From: Opitutaceae bacterium
GTDB taxonomy: Bacteria > Verrucomicrobiota > Verrucomicrobiia > Opitutales > Opitutaceae
Direction of reading: 5' to 3'
DNA: 31,628 nucleotides
NCBI GenBank assembly: GCA_035499715.1
Contig: DATJYF010000223.1
Span: forward strand, 1 to 31,628
The notes beneath the pieces were generated by a model. The model searched no databases. It had not been told where the DNA came from and saw nothing but the letters and a program-made list of their open reading frames with translations. Shown here one piece after another: positions 16,135 through 26,116 of this stretch (position 1 is its first letter; every line of letters begins with the position of its first letter). The position numbers and the translations under genes are program-made.

Positions 16135-16821
16135 TCAGGGCGCGAGACGCTCGACGAGCCATTCGCCGTTTTTTTCGCGGCGGTAGCGCAGACGGTCGTG
16201 CAAACGGCTGCGCCGGCCCTGCCAGAATTCAACCGTTTCCGGAATGAGGCGGAAACCGCCCCAGTGCGGAGGCAGCGGCACCTCGGCGCCGGCATATTTT
16301 TTTTCCAGCATTTTCATCGCTTCATCGAGAACCGCGCGGCCGGAGATGATCGCGCTCTGGGGCGAGGCCCATGCCGCCAGCTGGCTCAGGCGCGGCCGGG
16401 AGTGGAAATAGGCTTCCGCCTCTTCGCGCGCGACGCGCACCACCGGCCCTTCGGCGGCGACCTGGCGTTCGAGCGCGATCCAGGGGAAGAGCAGCGCGGC
16501 GCGGGGGTTGGCCTCAAGTTCGCGGCCTTTGCGGCTGTCGAAATTCGTGTAGAAAACGAAGCCGCGGCCATCGAGGCCCTTGAGCAGCATGGTGCGGGCG
16601 GCCGGCCGGCCGTCGCGGCCCGCGGTGGCGACGGTCATGGCGTTGGGCTCGGGAATTTTCGCCGCCTCGGCCTCCTGGAACCATTTTTCGAACTGGCGGA
16701 ACGGATCGCGCGCAAGATCCTTCTCGGACAGTCCGGCCAGGTTGTAATCGTGGCGGAGTTCGGCGTAGAAGGGCATTTTTTCCAACGTTTGTCCGGCTTT
16801 GCGCGCCATGTCAAAAATCAT
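16135..16821 (-). CDS. pdxH: Pyridoxamine 5'-phosphate oxidase
   Basis: FVFYTNFDSRKGRELEANPRAALLFPW, YFHSRPRLSQLAAWASPQS and WGGFRLIPETVEFWQGRRSRLHDRLRY. Start at ATG 16821 (MIFDMARK) or 16809 (MARK). The rest of track ORF 16135..18171 is a shadow of the opposite-strand peptidase gene. Confidence 0.9.
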   Translation of the reverse strand: MIFDMARKAGQTLEKMPFYAELRHDYNLAGLSEKDLARDPFRQFEKWFQEAEAAKIPEPNAMTVATAGRDGRPAARTMLLKGLDGRGFVFYTNFDSRKGRELEANPRAALLFPWIALERQVAAEGPVVRVAREEAEAYFHSRPRLSQLAAWASPQSAIISGRAVLDEAMKMLEKKYAGAEVPLPPHWGGFRLIPETVEFWQGRRSRLHDRLRYRREKNGEWLVERLAP

Positions 16822-17010
16822 CGCCGCCGCCGGCGATGAAAATCGCGGGCGGGAATCGCGCCGGCGGGTTTTCCGGCCCGGCAACCTCCGGGCCGTCCCG
16901 CAATAAGTCTTTCCAAGTCGGCGCGGGATGGATAGTGGAGCAGGCCTCGGTGGTGCATCCGGCGCCGCATTTCCGGTGTTTCCGCGCCGCCGGCGTCGAC
17001 GTTTTCCGCC

Positions 17011-18255
17011 ATGCCGCTCAATCCCGCCTCCCACCTCGACCGTTACGCGCACGACGACATCCGGCTGCTGCAGACGCTGGTGCGCCTGCGCACGGTGAAT
17101 CCGCCCGGCGAAAACTACGATGCGATCACCTCGCTGCTGGCGCGCGAACTGGCGGCGCTCGGGTTCGCGACCCGGCGTTTCACCCTGCCGTCCGCCTTGT
17201 TGAAAAAACACCTGCCGCCGGACCAGTGGGATCACCCGCGTTTCAACGTCCTCGGCCGCTGGAACGCCGGCGCCGCGAAGACGGTTCATTTCAACGCCCA
17301 CTACGATGTTGTTCCCGCCGGCGGCGCGTGGCGGCACGGCGACCCGTTCAGCGGATCGCTCGAGCGCGGCTGGGTTTACGGGCGCGGCGCGGCCGACATG
17401 AAGGGCTCCATCGCCAGCCTGCTCCTCGCCCTCCGGGCGCTGCGGGCCACGCGCACGCCGCCGCGCTGCAACGTCGAGGTGTCGTTCACCGCCGATGAGG
17501 AGACGGACAGCGCGCTCGGCTCCGACTGGCTGGTCCGCCACGCCGACCTGCGGGCCGACTATGCGGTCGTGATGGAGGGAGGCGAGGGCCGCGCCATCTG
17601 TTGCGGCCACAACGGCGTGCTGTGGTTCAACGTCATCGTGCACGGCCGGGCCGCGCATGGTTCGAAGCCGGAGCACGGCGTCAACGCGCTGGAGAAGATG
17701 TCCGCCCTCGTGCTCGCGCTGGAAGACTACAAGAAGCTCATCGCCCGCCGCGCCTTCGTCACGCCGGAGGGCAAGACCATGCGACCCACGCTCAACGTCG
17801 GCGGGGTTTTCGCCGCCGGGTCCGGAGTGAAAATCAACACCGTGCCGGCGTTCGCCAGCTTCACCCTCGACCGACGCGTCATTCCGGTCGAAAACCACGA
17901 GGCCGCCGAGCGCGAGCTGCGCGCCTTTCTCGCCGCCGCGGCGCGGAAGATTTCCCAGTGCCAGATCACAGTCGAGAAGATCTCGGAGAATTTTTCCTGT
18001 TTCGCGCCGCCCGCGCATCCGTTCTTTGCCGCCATGGCCGCCAGTGTCGGCCGTGTCCGCCGCACCCGGCCGGTCTTCAGCGTGTCCACCGGCTTCAACG
18101 ACATGCATTTCTTTGCCCATCACCTCAAGATTCCCACGCTCGGCTACGGTCCGGGCGGCGAGAATTATCACGCAGTGGATGAGCGAGCGCCGGTGCGTGA
18201 TCTGGTGCTGACCGCGAAGATTTATATCGATCTCCTGACGACATTCCCGGGATGA
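17011..18255 (+). CDS. M20 family metallopeptidase (ArgE/DapE-like)
   Basis: Metal and catalytic motifs NAHYDVVP, GRGAADMKG, FTADEETDS and HGRAAHGS. Confidence 0.88.
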   Translation: MPLNPASHLDRYAHDDIRLLQTLVRLRTVNPPGENYDAITSLLARELAALGFATRRFTLPSALLKKHLPPDQWDHPRFNVLGRWNAGAAKTVHFNAHYDVVPAGGAWRHGDPFSGSLERGWVYGRGAADMKGSIASLLLALRALRATRTPPRCNVEVSFTADEETDSALGSDWLVRHADLRADYAVVMEGGEGRAICCGHNGVLWFNVIVHGRAAHGSKPEHGVNALEKMSALVLALEDYKKLIARRAFVTPEGKTMRPTLNVGGVFAAGSGVKINTVPAFASFTLDRRVIPVENHEAAERELRAFLAAAARKISQCQITVEKISENFSCFAPPAHPFFAAMAASVGRVRRTRPVFSVSTGFNDMHFFAHHLKIPTLGYGPGGENYHAVDERAPVRDLVLTAKIYIDLLTTFPG

Positions 18256-18283
18256 AGGGCGGGCCCGCCGGGGGGGCGGAGCC

Positions 18284-19537
18284 TCAGGCCGCCGCGACCG
18301 TGGTTTCGAGGGGCGCGGCTGTCACGGGGAGCGCGGGCAGGAAAACTTCGAAGGTCGTGCCGACGTCCAGCTGGGATTTGACACGGATAAAACCGCCGTG
18401 GCGTTTCACGATGTTGTGGGTGATGGCGAGGCCGAGGCCGGTGCCGCGCGCCTTCGTCGTGTAGAAAGGTTCGAAAATCCGGCCCAGCCGGTCGGCCGGA
18501 ATGCCGGGGCCGTTGTCCGTCACGGTCAGGCAGATGAAGTCCGCCGGCATGGGCGGGGCGCTTCCGCCGCTGACTTGCAGGCGGTTTTCCAGCCGCACCT
18601 CGATGAGGCCGCCGCGCGAGCCGAGGGCCTGCGCCGCGTTGCGGACGAGATTGGTGATGACCTGGCGGATTTGCCGGGAGTCCGCCTCCGTCTTGCGGAC
18701 GTCTTCGGCCAAATTGAATTTCAACTGGGCATTGCTGCCCTGGATGCCGACCTGGGCTGATTCTTCAATGATGCCGGCCAGACAGAGCGGAGACTTGGTC
18801 GGCTCGGTGCCGCGGGCGAAATCGAGCATCTCCTGGGTGAGCTCGCGGGCCCGCCAGCCGGTGCGCTCGGCTTGCTCCAGCCAGCCGGCGATTTTGGGCG
18901 GCAGGTTATCGCCACAACTGCGGGCCGCATCCAGAAATCCGAGCATGACCGTAAGGTAGGTGTTGAAATCATGCGCGAGTCCGCCGGCCATCTGGCCGAG
19001 GGATTCGAGCCGCGCAAAACGGGACTCCCGCTCGCGCTGCTGCTCGAGTTCCTTGCGGCTCGAGACGTCGTGGAAAAACAGGAAGGCGCCGCTGGCCCGG
19101 CCCCGCGCATCATGGACGGGCAGGGCGTGGATTTCCAGCGCCACGGTGCGGCCATCGGCGATCACCGCGTCGGCTTCGCCGTGCCAGGGCTGCCCGGCCG
19201 TCGAGGCCGCGGTGAGCCGTGCGACGGTTTCGGATTGCTTGAAAATCAGCCCGCGCTGGCAGTCCTCGTCGAAATGGGCGGCGTGCTCGCCGAAGAGCGT
19301 CGTGTGCGCGGCATTCTGAAAACGAGTCCGCCCGCTGGCATCTTGAAATGACAGCGCTCCGTCCGTGTTGGCCAGCACGGTCGCCAGGCTCATGTGTTCC
19401 GGCGACAACACCGGCATTTCCTTGGCCGAGTCTTCCGATGCGGTCTCGCGACGTTTCCAAAAATGCAGCCCCAGGGCTCCAATCAGCCCCCATGACACAC
19501 TTTGGGCAAGAAGCAGTAATGCGGAATTCGTAATCAC
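18284..19537 (-). CDS. Membrane-anchored sensor histidine kinase (TM, PAS-like, HisKA, HATPase_c)
   Basis: N-terminal hydrophobic segment ALLLLAQSVSWGLIGALGLHFW, H-box GGLAHDFNTYL, N-box NLVRNAAQA, G-boxes TDNGPGI and GTGLGLA. GTG start at 19535-19537. Confidence 0.88.
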   Translation of the reverse strand: MITNSALLLLAQSVSWGLIGALGLHFWKRRETASEDSAKEMPVLSPEHMSLATVLANTDGALSFQDASGRTRFQNAAHTTLFGEHAAHFDEDCQRGLIFKQSETVARLTAASTAGQPWHGEADAVIADGRTVALEIHALPVHDARGRASGAFLFFHDVSSRKELEQQRERESRFARLESLGQMAGGLAHDFNTYLTVMLGFLDAARSCGDNLPPKIAGWLEQAERTGWRARELTQEMLDFARGTEPTKSPLCLAGIIEESAQVGIQGSNAQLKFNLAEDVRKTEADSRQIRQVITNLVRNAAQALGSRGGLIEVRLENRLQVSGGSAPPMPADFICLTVTDNGPGIPADRLGRIFEPFYTTKARGTGLGLAITHNIVKRHGGFIRVKSQLDVGTTFEVFLPALPVTAAPLETTVAAA

Positions 19538-19976
19538 GTCGGGATAACACCCTAAAACTATAATTAATCGGGTTCGTCAACTATTTTTGCTAAAAAAATG
19601 TTTAAAAAACCAGCAAATCAGTTATAATTGTAAATTATTAGCAAAATAAATTACAAATATTCAACGAGTTTTGTAAATCTCACCAAAATCTTTGCAAAAC
19701 GAAAATTTTTAAAAAATTACATTTTCGCCGTCAAAATGAATGGCAATAGAGGTGGATGACAGGAAATCACCTCATCTTTTTGATCTTTTGGTACGAAGCC
19801 AAAATTCCTTTGCGCGGGCGCTCAATCGTATTGCGCCAGCGGTGTGGAAGTTAATCTGGCCTTATTAGAGCGGCAACTTAATCGCCGGCTGCGGGGGTAG
19901 AACTTGTAAGCGGCGGAGGGCGGCACTAGCCTCTGGGCCATCCGAAAAACCCTTAACCAAAAAATGGAGGTTGGCC
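19538..19976. promoter_or_regulatory. AT-rich divergent intergenic island
   Basis: This is a 439-nt non-coding gap. I hand-counted 72 G+C in 19551-19800 (about 29%), against GC-rich flanks. It contains TTGTAAAT at 19628 and 19671, an inverted TTACAA at 19651, the hairpin TTTTGG-N7-CCAAAA (19786-19804), and direct repeats AGTTAATC / ACTTAATC (19848, 19875). Confidence 0.6.
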
Positions 19977-20246
19977 ATGCCAGCAATAACGGTCCATTTG
20001 GAAGCAGAGGAATTTGATGCAGTCGAGCGGCTCGCCGAGTCGCTGCAACTCAAGCCCGAGGATGTCGCCTACAGTGCGTTGAACCGCCTGATGCTCAAGG
20101 CGCGCGATCCCGAAATCAAAAACGACATCCAGCACACGCGCAACTGGCGCCGGGCCAATCTGCCGCTGTGGAGCGATTCCGCCTGTTCGCGGCACGCCTA
20201 CGAAGGCAAGCCCGACGATCAGCCCCGTCCCAGCTCCTACCGTTAG
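19977..20246 (+). CDS. Small (89 aa) hypothetical protein with ribbon-helix-helix-like N-terminus
   Basis: GGAGG at 19966-19970 lies 6 nt before the ATG at 19977. MPAITVHLEAEEFDAVERLAESLQLKPEDVAYSALNRLML fits a strand-helix-helix pattern. The tail is Pro/charged-rich and no family was recognised. Confidence 0.5.
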   Translation: MPAITVHLEAEEFDAVERLAESLQLKPEDVAYSALNRLMLKARDPEIKNDIQHTRNWRRANLPLWSDSACSRHAYEGKPDDQPRPSSYR

Positions 20247-20314
20247 CGCGGCCGCAAATTTGCCGCGCGGGATTGCGGCGGAGGGCCCGGGCCGTAAGGT
20301 GGGCGCGTTTTTGC

Positions 20315-21376
<1,062 letters not shown>

Positions 21377-22039
21377 TGAGTTCGCGGAGCGCGTCCGCCG
21401 CGATCCAGCGGGCGGCGGGCGAATCGATCAGGTGGATTTTTTTCGCCGCGGCGATGGCGGCCTGGCGCAGATGCGGATTGCGCTTGCCGATCTGCCGCAG
21501 CGCCCAGTTGACGGCCTTCTTGACGAAATTGCGTTCGTCGGCCGCTTCGCGCCGGATGACCGGCAGAAAGCGCAGAAACACTCCATCCGGGAGTTCCTTG
21601 CGGTGCACCGCCAGGCCGGCCATGAGCACGAAGCCGCAGCGTTTCACAAATTCCGCCCGCCGCCGGCTCCAGGCATGGGCCTTTTCGATGGCGAAGGGCG
21701 TGCGGTCGAACAGGACGCAGCAGCAGGCGTCGGTGATGGCCCAGTTGTCGCAGACCCGCGCCCAGCGTTCCATCTGTCCGCGGGTGACCTGCTTCGGATC
21801 GTCGACGAGTGTGGCCAGAATCCGCGCGTCGTGGATGCCGCTGGTCCAGAGTTCGGCGGCGAGCGCGTGGTTGCGGCGATGCTCGCGGGCGATCGCGCGC
21901 AGGACCGGCGCGCTGACGCCGAACTGTTCGGAGGCCGGCGTAATGCCGTAGCGCCGCTGGCCGGCGATGTTGCGCCCGTCGCGGAGCGAACGCAGATGGG
22001 CGATGATTTCGGCGGCGGTCATGGACCCGTGCCGTCCGC

Positions 22040-23398
22040 TCATTCCACCGTGTGGCGCGCGTGTTCGACCACCGGGGAAGCGGGGAGCGGCGCTTCCGCC
22101 GCGGGTGCCGCCAGGCCGAGATGGGCCGCGCGGGAGCGCAGGGTGATCAAAGCGAGCGCCGCCGCCTCGGAGCTGGCGGCCATCTGCGCGGTGCTGGCGG
22201 TGAGGGCGTCGAGCGCCGGCATCTGGTTTTTGGGCAGAAGATTTTTTTCGAGGAAAAAGAGTCCGAGCGAAGCGCCGAGCGCGTCGAGCCAGGCGCGCGG
22301 CTTGGCGGGCGGCGCATAGGCGAGGCCGCGCGTCTCGCCGGTCCATTCCATGAAGGTGCGGATGGCCTCGTGCAGCTGGGTCAACTCGGCGTCGGCCGTG
22401 GCGGCCGTCCAGCGCGCGGAAAACGTTTTGCGCTCGCGGAATTTCTTCATTTCCCACACGCGGAGGAGCAATTCGCATTCGCCGGCGGCGGTCTGGTGGA
22501 GCGCGCCGGTGAACGCGTAGTCGATCGGATCGCTGGCGGTGCGGGCCAGCTCGCGGAGATTTTCCGCCGTCCACTCGGTGCTGAAGAGCGCGTAATGTTT
22601 GCCGCCCTGCCCGTCGTCCATCAGGCCGACGGCGGCGTACGGCGCGTAAAGGGGCGAGAAATAAAACGTCTCTGCCAGCCACAAAGGCAGCGCGCGCGAG
22701 AGGCGGCCGAGCTCGTCCTCGGGCTGGGCCATGATGGCCGCGACGTTTTTCAGTCCGGGCAGGGCGAGCTGCCCAAAGGCGACGCGGCGGAGGCGGCCTT
22801 CCTTGGGCGGGAGGATTTCCGCGGCCATGGGCTCGAGGCCGTAGAACCAGATGGGTTTGCTGATGCTGACGAGGTTGATATGCGGGATCGGCGGCGGCAT
22901 CGCGTCGGACTCGCCGTCGAGCCCGACGGCGGGCGGAGGCTGCAGCACGCCCCGGCGCTCGGCTTCGAGCAGCTCGGCGATGGCGTTGGAGAAGCCGTGG
23001 AGGCGCTCCTCCAGCTCGGGGCGGTTGAGGGAAAACAGGATGTCGAGCACATGCTGGGCGGAATTGGTGTCGTGGACCGTCAGATAGGCCTGGAGGACGT
23101 TGAGGCCGGTGGCCGGACCATGCCGTTGCGCATCGTAGCGCGGGGCAATGAGCTCGATGATCGGCTGCACGTGGCCGTTGACGCCGAGGTCGCCGGAAAT
23201 GGCGACGAGCACGTCGGCGCGGTCGCCGGCCTCGGCCAGCACCTGTTCATAAAGGGCGAGCGCGCCGGGCAGGTCTTTGGCCTCGAGCCGCTGGCGGGCC
23301 GCGGCGAGCTGCGCCTGCACGCCGCCAACCGGGATGTCGGTGGAAGGCGGGTTTTGGGAAGAGTCCTTTTTCGCAGTGAAGCGGTCGAAGAGGCCCAT
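22040..23398 (-). CDS. Hypothetical protein (452 aa), TPR-like N-terminal segment
   Basis: Long ORF with natural amino-acid composition, while the opposite-strand ORF 22052..23449 is G/R/E/A junk. The start MGLFDRFTAKKD at 23398 is preferred over the track start at 23419. No family recognised. Confidence 0.7.
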   Translation of the reverse strand: MGLFDRFTAKKDSSQNPPSTDIPVGGVQAQLAAARQRLEAKDLPGALALYEQVLAEAGDRADVLVAISGDLGVNGHVQPIIELIAPRYDAQRHGPATGLNVLQAYLTVHDTNSAQHVLDILFSLNRPELEERLHGFSNAIAELLEAERRGVLQPPPAVGLDGESDAMPPPIPHINLVSISKPIWFYGLEPMAAEILPPKEGRLRRVAFGQLALPGLKNVAAIMAQPEDELGRLSRALPLWLAETFYFSPLYAPYAAVGLMDDGQGGKHYALFSTEWTAENLRELARTASDPIDYAFTGALHQTAAGECELLLRVWEMKKFRERKTFSARWTAATADAELTQLHEAIRTFMEWTGETRGLAYAPPAKPRAWLDALGASLGLFFLEKNLLPKNQMPALDALTASTAQMAASSEAAALALITLRSRAAHLGLAAPAAEAPLPASPVVEHARHTVE

Positions 23399-23503
23399 GC
23401 TGCCAGCAAAGCATTTCACCCGCCGCTGGCGAACAGAAATCCCGTTTGACCCGGGGCCCGTCCCGTCTAGTTACAACCCTCCGGCGCGGAAGGCGCGCCC
23501 CGG

Positions 23504-24937
23504 ATGAACCGCGTCCACATCAAAACCTATGGCTGCCAGATGAATGAGCGCGACAGCGAAGCTGTCGCGGCCATGCTGCGCGCCCGCGGCTACCGCATCG
23601 TGGCGAACGAGACCGAGTGCGACATCCTGTTGCTCAACACCTGCGCGGTGCGCGACGCGGCCGAGCAGAAGGCCATCGGCAAGGCCGGCTATGCGCTGGC
23701 GCGGAAACGCCGCCGGCCGGACTTCGTCGTCGGCATCCTCGGCTGCATGGCGCAGAACCGCGGCACGGCGCTGCTCGACCAGCTGCCCGACGTGGATCTC
23801 ATCGTCGGCACGCAGAAATTCCACCAGGTGCCGGACTATCTGGACAACCTCCGTGCGGCGCGCGCGGCCGGCGTGCCGGTGGCTGAGACCATCGTCGATC
23901 TCGCCGAGGAAGCCGGCTCGCAAAACGAAATCCGCGATCACCTCCTGCCGCAGGACGGGGCGGACGCGCCGCCGCAGGTGAGCGCCTTCGTCTCGATCCA
24001 GCAGGGGTGCAACATGGACTGCGCCTTTTGCATCGTGCCGAAAACCCGCGGCGACGAGCGCTCGCGGCCGATGGAGGACATCGTGCGCGAAGTCGAACAG
24101 CTCGCGGCGCGCGGTGTGAAGGAAGTCACGCTGCTCGGCCAGATCGTCACCAGCTACGGCCGGCGCGATTACGCCCACACCGGCGGCGTCTCGCCTTTCG
24201 TGCAGCTGCTGGAAAAAGTCCACGCAGTCGACGGCATCGGGCGCATCCGCTTCACCTCGCCGCATCCGCGCGGTTTCAAGCAGGACCTGGTCGAGGCGTT
24301 CGGCCGGCTGCCGAAGCTTTGCGAGCACGTGCACCTGCCGGTGCAATCCGGTTCCGACCGCATCCTGCGCGCGATGAACCGGCCCTACACGCGCGAACGC
24401 TACCTCGAAATCGTGCAGGCGCTGCGCGCCGTGCGGCCGGACATGTATTTTTCCACCGACGTCATTGTCGGCTTCCCCGGCGAAACGGAGGAGGACTTCG
24501 TCCAGACGCGCGAGCTGTTCGAGGCGGTCAACTACGACATGGCCTACATCTTCAAGTATTCCATCCGCACCGGGACGCCCGCGGCGGGGATGCCGGCGCA
24601 GGTGCCGGACGAAATCAAGGAGCGGCGCAACCAAATCCTGCTCGACCGGCTGCATGAGAATTCGCTGCGCCGCAACCGCTCGCTCGTCGGCCGGATCGAG
24701 GAGGTGCTGATCGATGGCCGCGACAAGACCGGCCGGCGCTTCGCCGGCCGCACTCGCGGCAACCGCGTCGCCGTTTTCGACGCCGCCGAGCAGCTGACCG
24801 GCCGGCTGGCGCCGCTGCGCATCGACCGCGCGACCGTGAGCACGCTTTACGGCGAACTGGTGCCGGCCGGCGCCGGCGGTTGCGACCCGAAAACCGGGGG
24901 CCAAACTTCAGCCTTTCTTTCTCGCGCCGGACTCTAG
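23504..24937 (+). CDS. miaB: tRNA-2-methylthio-N6-dimethylallyladenosine synthase
   Basis: MNRVHIKTYGCQMNERDSE marks the UPF0004 N-domain, QQGCNMDCAFCIVP is the radical-SAM cluster, and there is a C-terminal TRAM-like region. Confidence 0.93.
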   Translation: MNRVHIKTYGCQMNERDSEAVAAMLRARGYRIVANETECDILLLNTCAVRDAAEQKAIGKAGYALARKRRRPDFVVGILGCMAQNRGTALLDQLPDVDLIVGTQKFHQVPDYLDNLRAARAAGVPVAETIVDLAEEAGSQNEIRDHLLPQDGADAPPQVSAFVSIQQGCNMDCAFCIVPKTRGDERSRPMEDIVREVEQLAARGVKEVTLLGQIVTSYGRRDYAHTGGVSPFVQLLEKVHAVDGIGRIRFTSPHPRGFKQDLVEAFGRLPKLCEHVHLPVQSGSDRILRAMNRPYTRERYLEIVQALRAVRPDMYFSTDVIVGFPGETEEDFVQTRELFEAVNYDMAYIFKYSIRTGTPAAGMPAQVPDEIKERRNQILLDRLHENSLRRNRSLVGRIEEVLIDGRDKTGRRFAGRTRGNRVAVFDAAEQLTGRLAPLRIDRATVSTLYGELVPAGAGGCDPKTGGQTSAFLSRAGL

Positions 24938-24959
24938 ACTCTCGACCTGCGATTTTTCC

Positions 24960-25499
24960 ATGTCCCTCCTCCTGGCCACCCTTCTTCCCGGTTTGCTGCT
25001 CGCCGTGACCGGCGCGGCGCTGCTGGCGAACACCCCTGCGATCGGTGCGATATTCAAGTCCATGCCGCGCTCGCGGGGGGCGACCTTCGTGTTTTTCTAC
25101 GGCGGCGCGGCCTGGTTCCTCGAACGGGTCTGGAATCTTTCGCCGGCCGATTTTGGCGAATATCGCGTGCCGTTGTTCGCCGGTTTCGCCACGGTGGCGG
25201 TGCTGGCGTTTTTCTTCGTGCCGGATTTTTTGGCGGTGCGCGGGCTGTGCATTCTCACGCTGCTGGCGGGCTGGCCGTTGATGAAGCCGGGCTACCTGAA
25301 TTTCGATCACCCGCAGCAGAATTTTCTGACCGTCTTTGTTTACGTCTGCATCGTGTTCGCGCTCTGGCTCGGTGTGCAGCCGTGGCGGCTGCGGGATTTT
25401 TTCCAGTGGCTGTTCGCGACGAGCGGCCGGCCGCGCGCAGTCGGCGGCGCCCTGCTCGGCTACGGGCTGCTGCTCTGCACGATGGCCTTCACCTATTGA
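24960..25499 (+). CDS. Integral membrane protein of unknown function (about 5 hydrophobic segments)
   Basis: It contains hydrophobic stretches LLLATLLPGLLLAVTGAALL, FAGFATVAVLAFFFV, LCILTLLAGW, FLTVFVYVCIVFALWL and ALLGYGLLLCTMAF. It is tightly packed between miaB and gmk. Confidence 0.7.
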   Translation: MSLLLATLLPGLLLAVTGAALLANTPAIGAIFKSMPRSRGATFVFFYGGAAWFLERVWNLSPADFGEYRVPLFAGFATVAVLAFFFVPDFLAVRGLCILTLLAGWPLMKPGYLNFDHPQQNFLTVFVYVCIVFALWLGVQPWRLRDFFQWLFATSGRPRAVGGALLGYGLLLCTMAFTY

Positions 25500-25500
25500 A

Positions 25501-26109
25501 ATGAAAGCGCCCGCCCCGGCCGAACGTTCCGTGCTCCTGGTGCTGGCGGGCCCCGCCGGGGTCGGCAAAAGCACGCTGAGCGAGCGGCTCGTGACCGAGG
25601 TGCCGGGATTCGAGCGCGTGGTCACCGCCACGACGCGGCCGCCGCGGCCCAACGAGCGGGACGGCCGGGACTATCATTTTCTCACCGAGGAGGAGTTTGA
25701 CCGCCGGCTCGCGGCCGACGAGTTTCTCGAATGGGCGCGCGTGCATGAAAAATACCGCTATGGCACACTCAAGTCCGCCGTGCTCGGGCGGCTGCCGGGG
25801 GCGAATCTCGTCATGAACATCGACGTGCAGGGTGTGCGCAACCTCCGCGCGGCGGCGGCCCGCGTTCCGTTGCTGCGCGAACGGCTGGTGACGGTGTTTG
25901 TCGCGCCGGATTCCTTCGATGTGCTGCGCGAGCGCCTGCAGGGGCGGGGCCCGGTCAGCGCCGAGGAGCTCGAGCGCCGGCTGCGGAGCGCCGAGGCCGA
26001 GATGCGCGAGCGCGACACCTACGACTATGTCATCCACAGCGGGACGAAGGAGCAGGACTTCGAGGCGCTGAAAAAAATCTGGGCAACGGCGCGCGGCCAG
26101 CTGCGCTGA
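25501..26109 (+). CDS. gmk: Guanylate kinase
   Basis: P-loop LAGPAGVGKSTL, TTRPPRPNERDGRDYHF and EWARVHEKYRYGT. The ATG at 25501 lies 1 nt after the upstream stop. Confidence 0.92.
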   Translation: MKAPAPAERSVLLVLAGPAGVGKSTLSERLVTEVPGFERVVTATTRPPRPNERDGRDYHFLTEEEFDRRLAADEFLEWARVHEKYRYGTLKSAVLGRLPGANLVMNIDVQGVRNLRAAAARVPLLRERLVTVFVAPDSFDVLRERLQGRGPVSAEELERRLRSAEAEMRERDTYDYVIHSGTKEQDFEALKKIWATARGQLR

Positions 26110-26116
26110 CGCTGCG

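Noticed and set aside
16874-16895. 8-bp hairpin CGGCCCGG-CAACCT-CCGGGCCG in the pdxH/peptidase divergent region
   Set aside because: It has no U-tract on either strand and no repeat elsewhere in the window. It is probably incidental GC-rich secondary structure.
16822-18171. Upstream 450 codons of the 678-aa track ORF 16135..18171
   Set aside because: Only the last ~228 codons look like PdxH. The rest overlaps the M20 peptidase gene on the opposite strand and has junk composition rich in G/R/A/E.
18258-18269. Perfect 12-nt GC palindrome GGCGGGCCCGCC between the convergent peptidase and kinase genes, as a bidirectional terminator
   Set aside because: It has no loop and no U/A tracts on either side. 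Such palindromes are expected by chance in GC-rich DNA.
19566-19585. tRNA-like GGTTCG T-loop sequence (ATCGGGTTCGTCAAC)
   Set aside because: There are no flanking acceptor, D or anticodon stems and the context is AT-rich spacer. No cloverleaf can be drawn.
19538-19976. Chromosomal replication origin (oriC) in the AT-rich island
   Set aside because: I found only two weak DnaA-box-like 9-mers, each 7/9: GGTGGATGA near 19751 and TTATCCCGA on the reverse strand near 19541. There are no clustered boxes and no dnaA/dnaN neighbourhood. I cannot compute GC skew here.
23430-23475. Sigma-70-like promoter for miaB (TTGACC, 16-nt spacer, TAGTTA)
   Set aside because: The -35 is good, but the -10 matches consensus at only two positions. 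That is not strong enough to report as a feature.
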